Source of the DNA: an uncultured Chloroflexia bacterium
GTDB lineage: Bacteria; Chloroflexota; Limnocylindria; Limnocylindrales; CSP1-4
Reading direction: 5' to 3'
DNA: 64,000 bases
Assembly (NCBI GenBank): GCA_963707215.1
Contig: CAVPPB010000002.1
Coordinates: forward strand, 352,001-416,000
Part shown: positions 39,118-49,222 of the stretch, piece by piece
Position numbering within the stretch: position 1 is the first letter of the stretch
Layout of the letters: each line of letters opens with the position of its first letter
Program-made: the position numbers and the translations under genes
The notes under the pieces: generated by a model
What the model saw: only the letters and a program-made list of their open reading frames with translations
Told to the model about the DNA's origin: nothing
Database searches by the model: none

Positions 39118-40212
39118 ATGCTCGATCGGTTCGGCCGGTCCAGGTGGCTGGCCATCGTCGCGGTCGCGGGACTTGCGGTCGCCGCCTGCACCGGGGGCGC
39201 CACCCCGGAGCCGTCCCCTGAGCCTTCGACCGCTCCGGCGTCGTCCGAGCCGAGCGCGGAGCCGAGCGCCGACCCGAAGGCCGCCCGCGACCAGATCTGC
39301 GCGGAGGCGGCGGCCGAGGAGGGCGAGCTCGTCTACTGGAGCAACTTCGCCAACCCCGACCCCATCCTCGATGCGTTCAGCGAGCAGTACCCGGGGATCG
39401 AGGTCCAGGACCTGGCCAACCACCCGGATGACTTCGTCCAGGCGATGCTGACCGAGCTGTCGGCTGGACGCTCTCCGAGCGCCGACATCATGTACGGCGA
39501 GCTGAACGTCCTGAAGCCGCTCATCGATCTGGGTGCCATCGACGACTCCATCGACTGGGTGTCCTATGGGGTCCCTGAGGAGCTCATCCCGCCCCCGGCC
39601 AATGTCGTCCGCCTCTACCGGATCGCCGGCGGGATCGTCTACAACACCAACAATCACAGCCCCGAGGATCTCCCCGATACCTGGGAAGAGCTCATCGACC
39701 CGCAGTGGGAGAACCAGATCGTCGTCGACCCGCGCGGCCGGCCGTTCGACCAGCTGTCCCTGATCTGGGGCCATGACGAGACCATCGACTACGTCACCCG
39801 GCTGAACGATCTGAAGCCCATCGTCATCAGGGGCGGCACCGCCGGCATGCTGGCCGTCGCCTCGGAGCAGGCGGCCATCACGACCGGTGGCCGCTCGGCC
39901 GAGACGCTCGAGCAGCAGGACGCCGGTGCCCCGCTCGACATCAAGTACCTCGACGTCATCACGACCCTCGACACGTTCAACATGGTGCCGAAGGACGTCG
40001 CCCATCCCAAGGCGGCGATCTGCATGGTCTCGTGGCTAGCCACCGACGGCCAGGCCATCCACGACGAGGCCGAGTTCAAGGCCAACGTCACCGTCCCGCC
40101 GGGCACGCCGGAAGGCGCCGAGTTCTCCGACGTGGTGACGACCGAGGACGCCGAGGCGGTCGGTGCCATCGGCGAGGAGATCGGCGCGATCTTCGCCGGC
40201 ACCGGCGGCTGA
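39118..40212 (+). CDS. ABC transporter substrate-binding lipoprotein (Fe3+/thiamine-like cluster)
   Basis: GAGGAGG RBS; lipobox VAAC; EGELVYW, YPGIEV, YNT...PDTWEEL. Confidence 0.88.
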   Translation: MLDRFGRSRWLAIVAVAGLAVAACTGGATPEPSPEPSTAPASSEPSAEPSADPKAARDQICAEAAAEEGELVYWSNFANPDPILDAFSEQYPGIEVQDLANHPDDFVQAMLTELSAGRSPSADIMYGELNVLKPLIDLGAIDDSIDWVSYGVPEELIPPPANVVRLYRIAGGIVYNTNNHSPEDLPDTWEELIDPQWENQIVVDPRGRPFDQLSLIWGHDETIDYVTRLNDLKPIVIRGGTAGMLAVASEQAAITTGGRSAETLEQQDAGAPLDIKYLDVITTLDTFNMVPKDVAHPKAAICMVSWLATDGQAIHDEAEFKANVTVPPGTPEGAEFSDVVTTEDAEAVGAIGEEIGAIFAGTGG

Positions 40213-40312
40213 TCCTCCGACCGACGCCTGCCGGGACGTCGGTGCTCGACCATCGCGATGGGGTGGGCCGCCAGGCCCGCCCCATCGTGTCTAGGGAGCG
40301 AGACCCAGGGCC

Positions 40313-41446
40313 GTGATCCAAGTCGACGATCTCTCGAAGACATACCCGAACCAGAAGGTTCCCGCCGTGGACGGGGTGAGCTTCACGGTCCCGCAGGGTG
40401 GCTTCTACACCCTGCTCGGCCCCAGTGGCTGCGGCAAGACGACGACCCTCCGCTGCATCGCCGGGCTCGAGCGGCCCGAGGCCGGGCGGATCCAGCTGGG
40501 CGAGACGGTGGTCGTCTCCGATTCCGTCTACATCCCGACGAACCGCCGGGACATCGGGATGGTCTTCCAGAGCTACGCGGTCTGGCCCCACATGACCGTC
40601 TTCGACAACGTCGCCTTCCCGCTGAAGGTCGGCGGCCGGAAGGTGCCCAGGTCCGACGTCGAGGAGAAGGTCCTCGACGCTCTGGCACTCGTTGGCCTGG
40701 CCGGATTCGAGCGGCGCATGGCGACCCAGCTCTCGGGCGGGCAGCAGCAGCGCCTCTCGGTCGCCCGGGCACTGGTCCGCGAGCCCGACGTCCTGCTGCT
40801 CGACGAGCCGCTGTCGAATCTCGACGCCAAGCTCCGTGAGCGGATGCGGAGCGAGCTCCTGCTCATCCAGCGCCGCGTCGGCATCACGACGCTGTTCGTG
40901 ACCCACGATCAGGTCGAGGCGCTCTCCATGTCCGAGACGATCGCGGTGATGGACCGCGGCAGGATCATCCAGGAGGGTCCCCCACGGGACATCTACCACT
41001 CGCCGGCCAGCGAGTTCGTGGCCGGCTTCATCGGCTCCACGAACCTCCTCCAAGGCACGGTCGGGGCCCGCGATGCCGCCACCGGCCTGGCGTCGCTCCA
41101 GACGCAGGTCGGGCTGCTCCGGGCCGAGGCCGCCGGGCTCTCCGCCGGGGAGCCGGCGGTCGTGGCGATCCGCCCCGAGGACATCGTCCTCCACCGTGGC
41201 GAGCGGCATGGCGGCGACGTTGCCGGCCGAGCTGACGTCCTCACGGGTGAGATCGAGATCGGCCTCTTCATCGGCACCTCGGTCGAGTACCACGTGAAGG
41301 TCGAGGGCGTCCTGATGCAGGCGCGAGTCAACTCGCGGATCGACCTGCGGCCCGGGGACCGGGTCGGGGTCGAGTTCCCGCCGGACGCGGTCCACGCCTT
41401 CCGGATCGAGGGCGAGGCCCAGGGCGCGAACGCCGCCGCCCGATGA
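40313..41446 (+). CDS. ABC transporter ATP-binding protein (PotA/FbpC-like)
   Basis: GPSGCGKT, LSGGQQQR, LLLDEP, TOBE-like tail. Confidence 0.95.
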   Translation: MIQVDDLSKTYPNQKVPAVDGVSFTVPQGGFYTLLGPSGCGKTTTLRCIAGLERPEAGRIQLGETVVVSDSVYIPTNRRDIGMVFQSYAVWPHMTVFDNVAFPLKVGGRKVPRSDVEEKVLDALALVGLAGFERRMATQLSGGQQQRLSVARALVREPDVLLLDEPLSNLDAKLRERMRSELLLIQRRVGITTLFVTHDQVEALSMSETIAVMDRGRIIQEGPPRDIYHSPASEFVAGFIGSTNLLQGTVGARDAATGLASLQTQVGLLRAEAAGLSAGEPAVVAIRPEDIVLHRGERHGGDVAGRADVLTGEIEIGLFIGTSVEYHVKVEGVLMQARVNSRIDLRPGDRVGVEFPPDAVHAFRIEGEAQGANAAAR

Positions 41447-43203
41447 CGGCGCCAGCCGAGACCGCCCCCGCCCGCCCTCGGCGGGTCGCCCGCCGCTCCC
41501 CGATCACCGGTCGGACGATCGCAGTCGTCATCACCGTCCTCATCGTCGTCTACCTCGTGCTCGGCCCCCTGGCGATGCTCCTCTTCTCGAGCTTCCGCCT
41601 GACCGAGGGGAACCTGCCGTTCAGCCCCGACGCGACCTGGACGCTCCAGAACTACGCTGAGGTCTTCCTCTCGGAATCCACCTGGCGCCTGCTCCTGACG
41701 ACGCTGTTCTTCTCCTTCGGCTCGCTGGCGATGAGCTTCACCCTGGCCATCTCGCTGGCCTGGCTGACCGAGCGCACGAACATGCCGTTCCGGAACGTGC
41801 TGTTCGTCCTGGTCGTCGCCTCGATCGGCATCCCCAACGTCGTTCTGGGCATCGCCTGGGAGCTCATCCTCAACCCGGTCAACGGGCTGGTGAACCTGGG
41901 CATCCGCGAGCTGATCGGGTGGGAGGGCCAGGGGCCACTCAACGTCTTCACCCTGCCGGGCCTGATCTTCGTCCAGGGGATCAGCCTCGTGCCCATCACC
42001 TACCTGCTGGTGGCCGCGGCCTTCCGAGCCATCGACATCTCGCTGGAGGACGCCGGCGCGACGTCGGGCGCTGACTTCCGGACGATCGCCCGGCGGATCA
42101 CCCTGCCGCTCCTGCTGCCGGCGCTCCTGTCGGCATTCGTCTACCAGTTCGTGACGGTCATCGAGTCGTTCGACATCCCGTTGATCATCGGGCTGCGCGG
42201 CGGGATCCCGGTCCTGAGCACCCAGATCTACATCACCGCGAGACCGCCGGGTGGCCTGCCCGACTACGGCCTGGCGAGCACCTACAGCATCCTGTTGCTG
42301 GTCGTCGTGCTGCTGCCGCTGCTCTTCTACAACCGCGTCATCGGCCAGAGCGAGCGCTACGCCACGATCACCGGGCGTGGCTATCAGCCGCGCCGGATCG
42401 ACCTTCGTCGCTGGAAGATCCCGGCCATCCTCTTCGGCCTGGCCTTCGCCCTGGTCAGCTTCATCATGCCGGCCCTCACCTTGCTGTGGGCCAGCATCCA
42501 GCCGTACTACGCGGTGCCCAGCTGGGATGCCTTCGGGCGGATCACCTTCGAGGCGTACGCGGAGCTGCTTTCCAGCGACACCTTCCAGCAGGCCGCCCTC
42601 AACACGGTCATCCTCGGCCTGGCCGTCGGCTTCCTGACGCTGGTCCTGGGGACCGTCGTCTCGTGGATCCTGGTCCGGACCCGGAGCCGGGCCCGGGTCG
42701 GCCTCGACTTCCTGGCGTTCCTGCCGCACGCGATGCCCGGCGTCATCATCGGGATCAGCATCCTGCTCATCTACCTCTACGTCCCGATCCCGATCTACGG
42801 CACGCTCTGGATCATCGTGGTGGCCCTGACCACCCAGTACCTGAGCCTCTCGACCAGGCTGATGACCGCCGGTATCGCCCAGGTCAAGCTCGAGCTCGAG
42901 GAGGCTGGCGAGGCCAGCGGGGCCTCCTGGCTGGCGACGATCCGACTCATCGTCCGGCCGCTCGTCTGGCCGGCCGTGCTGAACGGCTTCCTGCTCGTCT
43001 TCCTCCAGGCGATCAAGAACCTCACCCTCGCGCTCATCCTCATCTCGCCGGACGGGGTGGTGCTCTCGACGCTCATCTACCAGTTCTGGGACCGGGCCAA
43101 CACGGCCGGGGCCGGAGCGGTCGGCGTCATCGTCCTGACGATCACCGTGCTCCTGTCGATCGGCCTTCGTCGGGTGAGCATGCGGGCCGACCAGATGGCC
43201 TGA
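41443..43203 (+). CDS. ABC transporter fused double permease (FbpB-like)
   Basis: About 12 TM, two EAA loops (LEDAGATSGA, LEEAGEASGA). Confidence 0.92.
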   Translation: MTAPAETAPARPRRVARRSPITGRTIAVVITVLIVVYLVLGPLAMLLFSSFRLTEGNLPFSPDATWTLQNYAEVFLSESTWRLLLTTLFFSFGSLAMSFTLAISLAWLTERTNMPFRNVLFVLVVASIGIPNVVLGIAWELILNPVNGLVNLGIRELIGWEGQGPLNVFTLPGLIFVQGISLVPITYLLVAAAFRAIDISLEDAGATSGADFRTIARRITLPLLLPALLSAFVYQFVTVIESFDIPLIIGLRGGIPVLSTQIYITARPPGGLPDYGLASTYSILLLVVVLLPLLFYNRVIGQSERYATITGRGYQPRRIDLRRWKIPAILFGLAFALVSFIMPALTLLWASIQPYYAVPSWDAFGRITFEAYAELLSSDTFQQAALNTVILGLAVGFLTLVLGTVVSWILVRTRSRARVGLDFLAFLPHAMPGVIIGISILLIYLYVPIPIYGTLWIIVVALTTQYLSLSTRLMTAGIAQVKLELEEAGEASGASWLATIRLIVRPLVWPAVLNGFLLVFLQAIKNLTLALILISPDGVVLSTLIYQFWDRANTAGAGAVGVIVLTITVLLSIGLRRVSMRADQMA

Positions 43204-43217
43204 CCATCCCGGTCGCG

Positions 43218-43262
43218 TTGCACGGCCGGACCATGGTTCGTAGAATGCCGTTGTATACCGTC
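43218..43262 (+). promoter_or_regulatory. sigma70-type promoter with downstream GTATAC operator
   Basis: TTGCAC-N17-TAGAAT then GCCGTTGTATACCGTC, resembling 59370-59391. Confidence 0.6.
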
Positions 43263-43307
43263 ATCTCCGGCAGACGGCCGGTCCCCCTCGGCGAGTGAGG
43301 TCGCTCG

Positions 43308-44204
43308 ATGCCCGAACCCCTCGCGCTGTACCAGCCCACCTCGCTCGACGAGGCGGTCGACCTGCTTGCCGATCTGGGTGACGAGGCCAAGGTCATCGCC
43401 GGCGGCACGGCGCTGACGATCATGCTCCGGCAGCGGCTCATCGCGCCGACAGCCCTGATCAGCATCGGTCGCCTGCCCGACCTCGATGCGATCGAGGCAG
43501 AGGAGGGCGGGCTCCGGATCGGGGCGCTTGCCCGCCACCGTGACGTCGAGCACAGCGGGATCGTCGGCGAGCGATGGCCGGTCCTGGCACGGGCGTTCGG
43601 GCTTGTCGGCAACGTCCGGGTCCGCAATGCCGCGACCGTCGGCGGCGTCCTCGCCGAGTCCGACTACGCGTCGGACCCGCCGGCCGTCTTCGTCCTCCTG
43701 GATGCCGAGGTCGAGGTCCGTGGTCCCGGCGGGACCCGGACCATCCCGGCGAGCGAGTTCTTCGTCGCCTTCTACGAGACGGCCATCGAGCCCGACGAGC
43801 TGGTGACCGGCGTCCGGGTGCCGGCCCTGGCGACCGAAGCTGCCGCCGTGTACGAGAAGTTCGTCACCCGCTCCTCGGAGGATCGACCCTGCGTCGGCGT
43901 GGCGGCCCTCGTGGGGCTCGATGCCGACGGTGGCTGCCGCGAGCTTCGGGTCGCCGTGGGAGCCGCCGCCGAGACGCCCCAGCGCTACCCCGACCTGGAG
44001 GCCGAGGCCGCGGGCAAGCCCTTGAGCGACGACCTGATCGCGGGGATCGCCGACGGCTACGCCGAGCGGATCGATCCGCTCGACGACATGCGCGGGTCGG
44101 CTTGGTACCGTCGAGAGGTCACCCGCGTCTGGGTCCGCCGAGCCATCGAGCACGCCGCCGCCGACGCCGGCCGGTCGGCCGGGCCCGAGGCGGCTTCGCG
44201 ATGA
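43308..44204 (+). CDS. Mo-hydroxylase FAD-binding (medium) subunit
   Basis: IAGGT, VRNAATVGG, DDMRGSAWYR. Confidence 0.93.
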   Translation: MPEPLALYQPTSLDEAVDLLADLGDEAKVIAGGTALTIMLRQRLIAPTALISIGRLPDLDAIEAEEGGLRIGALARHRDVEHSGIVGERWPVLARAFGLVGNVRVRNAATVGGVLAESDYASDPPAVFVLLDAEVEVRGPGGTRTIPASEFFVAFYETAIEPDELVTGVRVPALATEAAAVYEKFVTRSSEDRPCVGVAALVGLDADGGCRELRVAVGAAAETPQRYPDLEAEAAGKPLSDDLIAGIADGYAERIDPLDDMRGSAWYRREVTRVWVRRAIEHAAADAGRSAGPEAASR

Positions 44205-46528
44205 CCCTCACCTCACATCGGGCCTCCATCGACCCCGGCCGCGGGGGGATGGTCGACGCCGTCGAGCGAGTGACCGGCCGTGTCGCCTATGCGATGGACG
44301 TCCGCCTGCCCGGGATGCTCCAGGCGCGGCTCCTCCGCAGCACGATGCCCCATGCTCGCATCCGCTCGATCGACGTCGCGGCGGCCCGTCGGGTCCCCGG
44401 CGTGGCAGCTGTCGTCACCGGAGCCGACCTCCAGGCGCGCGGCGACCTCCAGGTCTGGTACGGCCCGGTCTTCCGTGACCAGCCGATCCTGGCCATCGAC
44501 AAGGTCCGCTATGTCGGCGAGCCGGTGGTCGCCGTGGCGGCGGTCGACCTCGATGCGGCCCAGGAAGCACTCGACCTGATCGAGGTCGAGTACGAGGAGC
44601 TCCCGGCGGTGTTCACGGTGGAGGACGCCCTGGCGGACGGCGCAGCGCTCGTCCACGAGGAGCCACCGCGGACCGGCCAGACCTTCGCCGATCTCATCAT
44701 CGACGCGCAGGGCGGCACGAACGTCTGCAACCATTTCAAGCTCCGCAAGGGCGACGTCGAGGCCGGCTTCGCCGAGGCCGACGAGATCTTCGAGGACGTC
44801 TACACGAGCCCGCCCGTCCAGCACGTCCCGATGGAGACGCACGTCTGCGTCGCCGACGTCCGGGACGGCCAGGTCACCCTCTGGGACAGTGCCCAGATCC
44901 CGTTCGTGCTCCGCTCGCAGATGGCCGAGATCTTCGGCATCCCCCAGACGAGGGTCAGGGTCATCGTCCCGACCCTGGGCGGCGGCTACGGGGCCAAGTG
45001 CTACCCGAAGCTCGAGCCGGTGACCGCCGCCTTGTCGCTGGTGACCCGCAAGCCGGTCCGCCTCCACCTCAGCCGCGAGGAGGAGTTCGTCACCATCACC
45101 AAGCACGGCGTGCGGATCCGGCTCAGGACCGGGGTGACGCGCGACGGCCGCATCGTGGCCCGGCAGAGCGAGTGCCACTTCAACACCGGTGCCTACGGAG
45201 ACATCGGCCCGCGGTTGATCAAGAACGGTGGCTTCGCGACCGGCGGGCCGCACGCGATCCCGAACGTCTGGGTCGACTCGTACGCCGTCTACACGAACAT
45301 CGTCCCCGCGGGCGCCTTCCGCGGCTACGGGGTCAACCAGGCGGCCTGGGCCTACGAGACCCAGATGGACGTGATCGCCGAGCGCCTGGGCATCGATCCG
45401 CTCGAGCTACGGATGCGGAACCTCCTCGAGGACGGCGACACCGTCATGACCGGCGAGGCGATGTTCGACGCCCACTTCCGCGAGCTCCTCGGCAACGCCG
45501 CACGTTGGATCGGCTGGGCCCCCGCCGAGACCCGTCACGTCGAGGGATCGAAGGCCCGCGCCAAGGGCCTCTCCTGCATCATCAAGGGCACGGTCACCCC
45601 GTCCACCTCGACCGCCTCGGCCAAGCTCAACGAGGACGGCAGCCTCGACGTCCTGACCAGCTCGGTCGAGATGGGCCAGGGGATGCAGGCGTCGATGGCC
45701 ATCCTGGCTGCGGAGCGGCTCGACATCCCGGTCGACGCGGTCAACGTGACCACCCCGGACACCGACGTCACGCCGTACGACCAGCAGACGAGCTCGAGCC
45801 GGACCACCCACGCCATGGGAACGGCCGTGCGCGGGGCGGTCGACGAGATCCGACGCCAGCTCCTGGAGCTTGCGGCCGAAGAGTTGGAGATCGCTCCGGC
45901 TGACCTCGAGATCGCCGCGGGGACGGTCCGGCCGGTCGGCTCGCCGGCCCGGGCGATCGCAGTGGGCGAGCTGGTCCGGCGGAGCCGCTCGGGCAACCTG
46001 CTCGGCAGCTCGACCTTCCGCTCGGAGGGCGGGCTCGACCCCGAGACGGGCCAGGGCATCGGCTCGGTCCACTGGCACCAGGCCGCCGGGGCCGCCGAGG
46101 TCGAGGTCGACCTCGAGACGGGCAAGGTCGACGTCCTCCGCTATCACGCCGGCGTCTATGCCGGCCGGATCATCAACCCGATCCAGGCGGAGCTCCAGAC
46201 CGAGGGCAACGTCGCCTTCGGGATCGGCCAGGCTCTGTTCGAGGAGATGGTCTTCGACGGCGGCCAGCTCCAGAACGGCAATCTTGGCGACTACATGATC
46301 TGCAGCATCGAGGATCTGCCGGAGGTTGCCTCTGGCGTCCTCGAGCACCTCGAGGCGAACGACATCCACGGCATCGGCGAGACGTCGCTGCCGCCGGTCG
46401 CCCCGGCCATCGGCAACGCCGTCTACCGGGCGACCGGCGTCCGGATCGTCGACCTGCCGATCACTCCCGAGAAGATCCTGCGCGGCCTCCGCGACCGTGC
46501 CGCCAGGCAGGAGGGCGAGACCCCATGA
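44201..46528 (+). CDS. xanthine dehydrogenase family molybdopterin-binding (large) subunit, close paralog of 29231-31579
   Basis: [24 protein letters not shown]; long identical blocks with the 29-kb copy. Confidence 0.93.
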   Translation: MTLTSHRASIDPGRGGMVDAVERVTGRVAYAMDVRLPGMLQARLLRSTMPHARIRSIDVAAARRVPGVAAVVTGADLQARGDLQVWYGPVFRDQPILAIDKVRYVGEPVVAVAAVDLDAAQEALDLIEVEYEELPAVFTVEDALADGAALVHEEPPRTGQTFADLIIDAQGGTNVCNHFKLRKGDVEAGFAEADEIFEDVYTSPPVQHVPMETHVCVADVRDGQVTLWDSAQIPFVLRSQMAEIFGIPQTRVRVIVPTLGGGYGAKCYPKLEPVTAALSLVTRKPVRLHLSREEEFVTITKHGVRIRLRTGVTRDGRIVARQSECHFNTGAYGDIGPRLIKNGGFATGGPHAIPNVWVDSYAVYTNIVPAGAFRGYGVNQAAWAYETQMDVIAERLGIDPLELRMRNLLEDGDTVMTGEAMFDAHFRELLGNAARWIGWAPAETRHVEGSKARAKGLSCIIKGTVTPSTSTASAKLNEDGSLDVLTSSVEMGQGMQASMAILAAERLDIPVDAVNVTTPDTDVTPYDQQTSSSRTTHAMGTAVRGAVDEIRRQLLELAAEELEIAPADLEIAAGTVRPVGSPARAIAVGELVRRSRSGNLLGSSTFRSEGGLDPETGQGIGSVHWHQAAGAAEVEVDLETGKVDVLRYHAGVYAGRIINPIQAELQTEGNVAFGIGQALFEEMVFDGGQLQNGNLGDYMICSIEDLPEVASGVLEHLEANDIHGIGETSLPPVAPAIGNAVYRATGVRIVDLPITPEKILRGLRDRAARQEGETP

Positions 46529-47058
46529 CCATGACCGGAGATGTCGGCGGGCCCGCCCCGAGCCCCGTGGACGCCGAGGGCAAGCTCTCTCTGACCCTTC
46601 GGGTCAACGGCCGTGAGCACGTCGTCCGGGCGCGGCCCCACCACACGCTCCTCGAGGTCCTCCGCAACGAGCTCGGGCTGACCGGCCCGAGGGAGGGCTG
46701 CGGGATCGGCATGTGTGGAGCCTGCACGGTCCTGGTCGACGGCCGACCGGTCAGCGGCTGCCTGCTCCTCGCCGGGTTGGCCGAGGGGGTCGACATCGTC
46801 ACCGTCGAGGGCCTGGAGCAACCGGACGGCTCGCTCCACCCGATCCAGCAGGCCTACGTGGACCACACGGCCTTCCAGTGCTCCTACTGCACCCCCGGGT
46901 TCATCCTGGCCACCAAGGCCCTGCTGGACGAGCAGCCGGACGTGTCCCGTGACGAGGCGAAGCGGTACCTCGCCGGCAACCTCTGCCGCTGCGGAAGCTA
47001 CGTCAAGATCCTCGACGCCACCATGGACGCCAGGGAGCGCCTCTCCGCCACCGACTGA
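46525..47058 (+). CDS. Mo-hydroxylase 2Fe-2S (small) subunit
   Basis: GCGIGMCGACT, QCSYCTPG, NLCRCGSY. Confidence 0.95.
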   Translation: MTMTGDVGGPAPSPVDAEGKLSLTLRVNGREHVVRARPHHTLLEVLRNELGLTGPREGCGIGMCGACTVLVDGRPVSGCLLLAGLAEGVDIVTVEGLEQPDGSLHPIQQAYVDHTAFQCSYCTPGFILATKALLDEQPDVSRDEAKRYLAGNLCRCGSYVKILDATMDARERLSATD

Positions 47059-47100
47059 CGGCGTCCCGGCGCCGGCCCCCGACGACCGGAGCCCGTCGCC

Positions 47101-48471
47101 TCAGGTCGTGCCGCCGGACCCCTCGCCGCGCGGTCGACGGACGAGCGCGTCGAACGGCGTCCGTGCAGCGACGACAGCCCCGGCGCCCAGCACGATCGCC
47201 ATGACGCCCCAGATCGCCATGACCCCGGTCACGCCGGCGATGGCGCCCATGAGCGAGGGGACGATCAGCAGGGCGCCCCGATTGCCGGTGAGGCGGACAC
47301 CCAGGGCGAGCGCGCGCTCCTGCCGCGGCGAGCGGTTGGCCACCCAGGCGATCGTCATCGGCTGGCCGAGTCCGAGACCGAGCCCGATGAGGATCATGAC
47401 GCCGAAGAGGACGGGGACGGAGCCGATGAACGGCAGCGACAGGATCCCGGCGCCCGCCATCAGCATGCTCGCGGCCAGGAGCCGGTTCCGGCCGAGCAGG
47501 GCGATCAGCTGGGCCATGAAGAGGCGCGAGACCATCGACGAAGCCGCGCGGACCGACAGCAGCAGCCCGACGGTCTCCACCGGCAACCCGGTCGCTTCGC
47601 CGTAGACGGGCAGGTACGCGATCAGGACGTCGACCGAGGAGATCACCGTGATGCTGACCAGCATGGCGGCGGCCATGCCCGGTCGACGGAGCACCGTGGC
47701 CGCCGCCGAGAGGATGCTGGGTGTTCGGCCGGTCGTCGTGCCCGGGTCGGGCGGGCGCGGGCGGCGCCGCGGCAGGAAGAGGGCCAGGACGAAGGCGATG
47801 CCGGTGACCGTGGCCGAGAAGAGGAAGACGGGCGCCTCCGGGTTGTCGGCGAAGATCCCCGACAGCGGTCCATCCGGATCCGTCGCCACTGCCCCTGCGG
47901 CGATGGTCCCGCCAACGAGGAAGGCAGCGATCGCCGGTCCTGCCAGCTGGCCCAGCGACGCGACCGTGGAGTACCAGCCGTAGCGCTGCTCGCGGCCCTC
48001 CCTCGGGCCCCGGTTGGCGATCATCGTCTGGCCGGCCACCAGGTTGGTGATCTGGCCGAAGCCCATGATCGACTGGCTGATGGCGAGGACCACGAGGGTG
48101 CCCGCCGTGGTCGCCACCAGGCTCCCGACGCTGATGATCGCCATCCCGGCGATCAGGAACCGAGCCTCGCCGATGCGGTCGACCCAGCGACCGAGCGCGA
48201 CGGCGGTGAAGACCGGGAGGATCGAGAAGGCCGACTGCACCAGGCCGATCTCGAGCGGACCCGCTCCGAGGCCGATGGCTCGGTAGGTGACCATCGGGCG
48301 GGTCGCCTGGATCGCCGTGACCGACAGGGCCGCGATCGCCAGTTGGAGGGCGAACCAGCGCGCCCAATGCGGATCGACCCGGGAGCTCATCCCGCTCCGC
48401 GCCGGGGTCTCTCCCTCGCCAGCCTCGGCCTCGCCGGTCGGCCCGGGGGCTGGCGAGCCGACCTCAGCCAT
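47101..48471 (-). CDS. MFS transporter
   Basis: About 12 hydrophobic segments, GRWVDRIG motif A; start uncertain. Confidence 0.88.
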   Translation of the reverse strand: MAEVGSPAPGPTGEAEAGEGETPARSGMSSRVDPHWARWFALQLAIAALSVTAIQATRPMVTYRAIGLGAGPLEIGLVQSAFSILPVFTAVALGRWVDRIGEARFLIAGMAIISVGSLVATTAGTLVVLAISQSIMGFGQITNLVAGQTMIANRGPREGREQRYGWYSTVASLGQLAGPAIAAFLVGGTIAAGAVATDPDGPLSGIFADNPEAPVFLFSATVTGIAFVLALFLPRRRPRPPDPGTTTGRTPSILSAAATVLRRPGMAAAMLVSITVISSVDVLIAYLPVYGEATGLPVETVGLLLSVRAASSMVSRLFMAQLIALLGRNRLLAASMLMAGAGILSLPFIGSVPVLFGVMILIGLGLGLGQPMTIAWVANRSPRQERALALGVRLTGNRGALLIVPSLMGAIAGVTGVMAIWGVMAIVLGAGAVVAARTPFDALVRRPRGEGSGGTT

Positions 48472-48617
48472 CGACCATCGTCCGCCGCCCGGGATCGTGA
48501 CGGGCGCTCGGGTGCCCGGTGCCACGAACGACGCTCGCTGGGTCCGCACGCTGCGGTCCGGCGCCACGGGAGGCTTGGTACACTTCGGTATGCAACACGT
48601 GCAGGGAGCCTGACCGG

Positions 48618-49070
48618 ATGATCCTTGACCAGCAGGTGACGATCCCCGCGCCCGTCGACCGGGTGTGGGACTTCATCATGGACATTCCCGCCGTCAGTCG
48701 TTGCGTTCCCGGTGTCGAATCGTTCGACGCCGTCGATGCGGACACGTTCCAGGGAGCGATGAAGGTCCGCGTCGGGCCGATCGGCGTCCGGCTCCAGGGC
48801 CGCGTCGTCGTCGTGGAGCGCGACCGCGAGCAGCTCCGCTCGGTGTTCGACGTCACGGCTGCAGAGAAGCGGATCGCCAGCACGGTCAATGCCAAGACGA
48901 CGCTCACGCTCGTGCCGAGCGGCGACGACGCGACCGATCTGACGATCCACACCGAGGCGTCGATCCTGGGCAAGCTCGGCGAGTTCGGCCAGGCCGTCAT
49001 GCGGCGCAAGGCCGACCAGGTCGTGGGCGACTTCGCCAAGAACATGTCGAAGGCGATCGAGGCCGGCTGA
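48618..49070 (+). CDS. CoxG/SRPBCC family protein
   Basis: APVDRVWDFI...CVPG...KVRVGPI...GKLGEFG. Confidence 0.88.
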   Translation: MILDQQVTIPAPVDRVWDFIMDIPAVSRCVPGVESFDAVDADTFQGAMKVRVGPIGVRLQGRVVVVERDREQLRSVFDVTAAEKRIASTVNAKTTLTLVPSGDDATDLTIHTEASILGKLGEFGQAVMRRKADQVVGDFAKNMSKAIEAG

Positions 49071-49151
49071 GGCTCGGTCGTCGCAGGGTCCCGCGGATCA
49101 CCGACCGGGGATCCGGCCGGGCGATCGCGGATCCCTCCGCCGCCAGATGCA

Positions 49152-49187
49152 CGAACGACCCGCCGCGCTGACGCGGCGGGTCGTTCG
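49152..49187. terminator. perfect 16-bp hairpin between convergent genes
   Basis: CGAACGACCCGCCGCG-CTGA-CGCGGCGGGTCGTTCG. Confidence 0.8.
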
Positions 49188-49222
49188 CAGTGGAGGAGGA
49201 GCTGCGAGATCGGGCTCCGGAC

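Noticed and set aside
29730-44775. GDVEAG in two Mo subunits as extra DVEGH-like tags
   Set aside because: This is the ordinary GDVxxxF motif of xanthine dehydrogenase-family proteins and has no His or acidic run
29231-49070. Aerobic CO dehydrogenase (coxMSL/coxG)
   Set aside because: Large subunits have AYRGYG, AFRGYG and HMRTPG, not AYxCSFR (form I) or AYRGAGR (form II)
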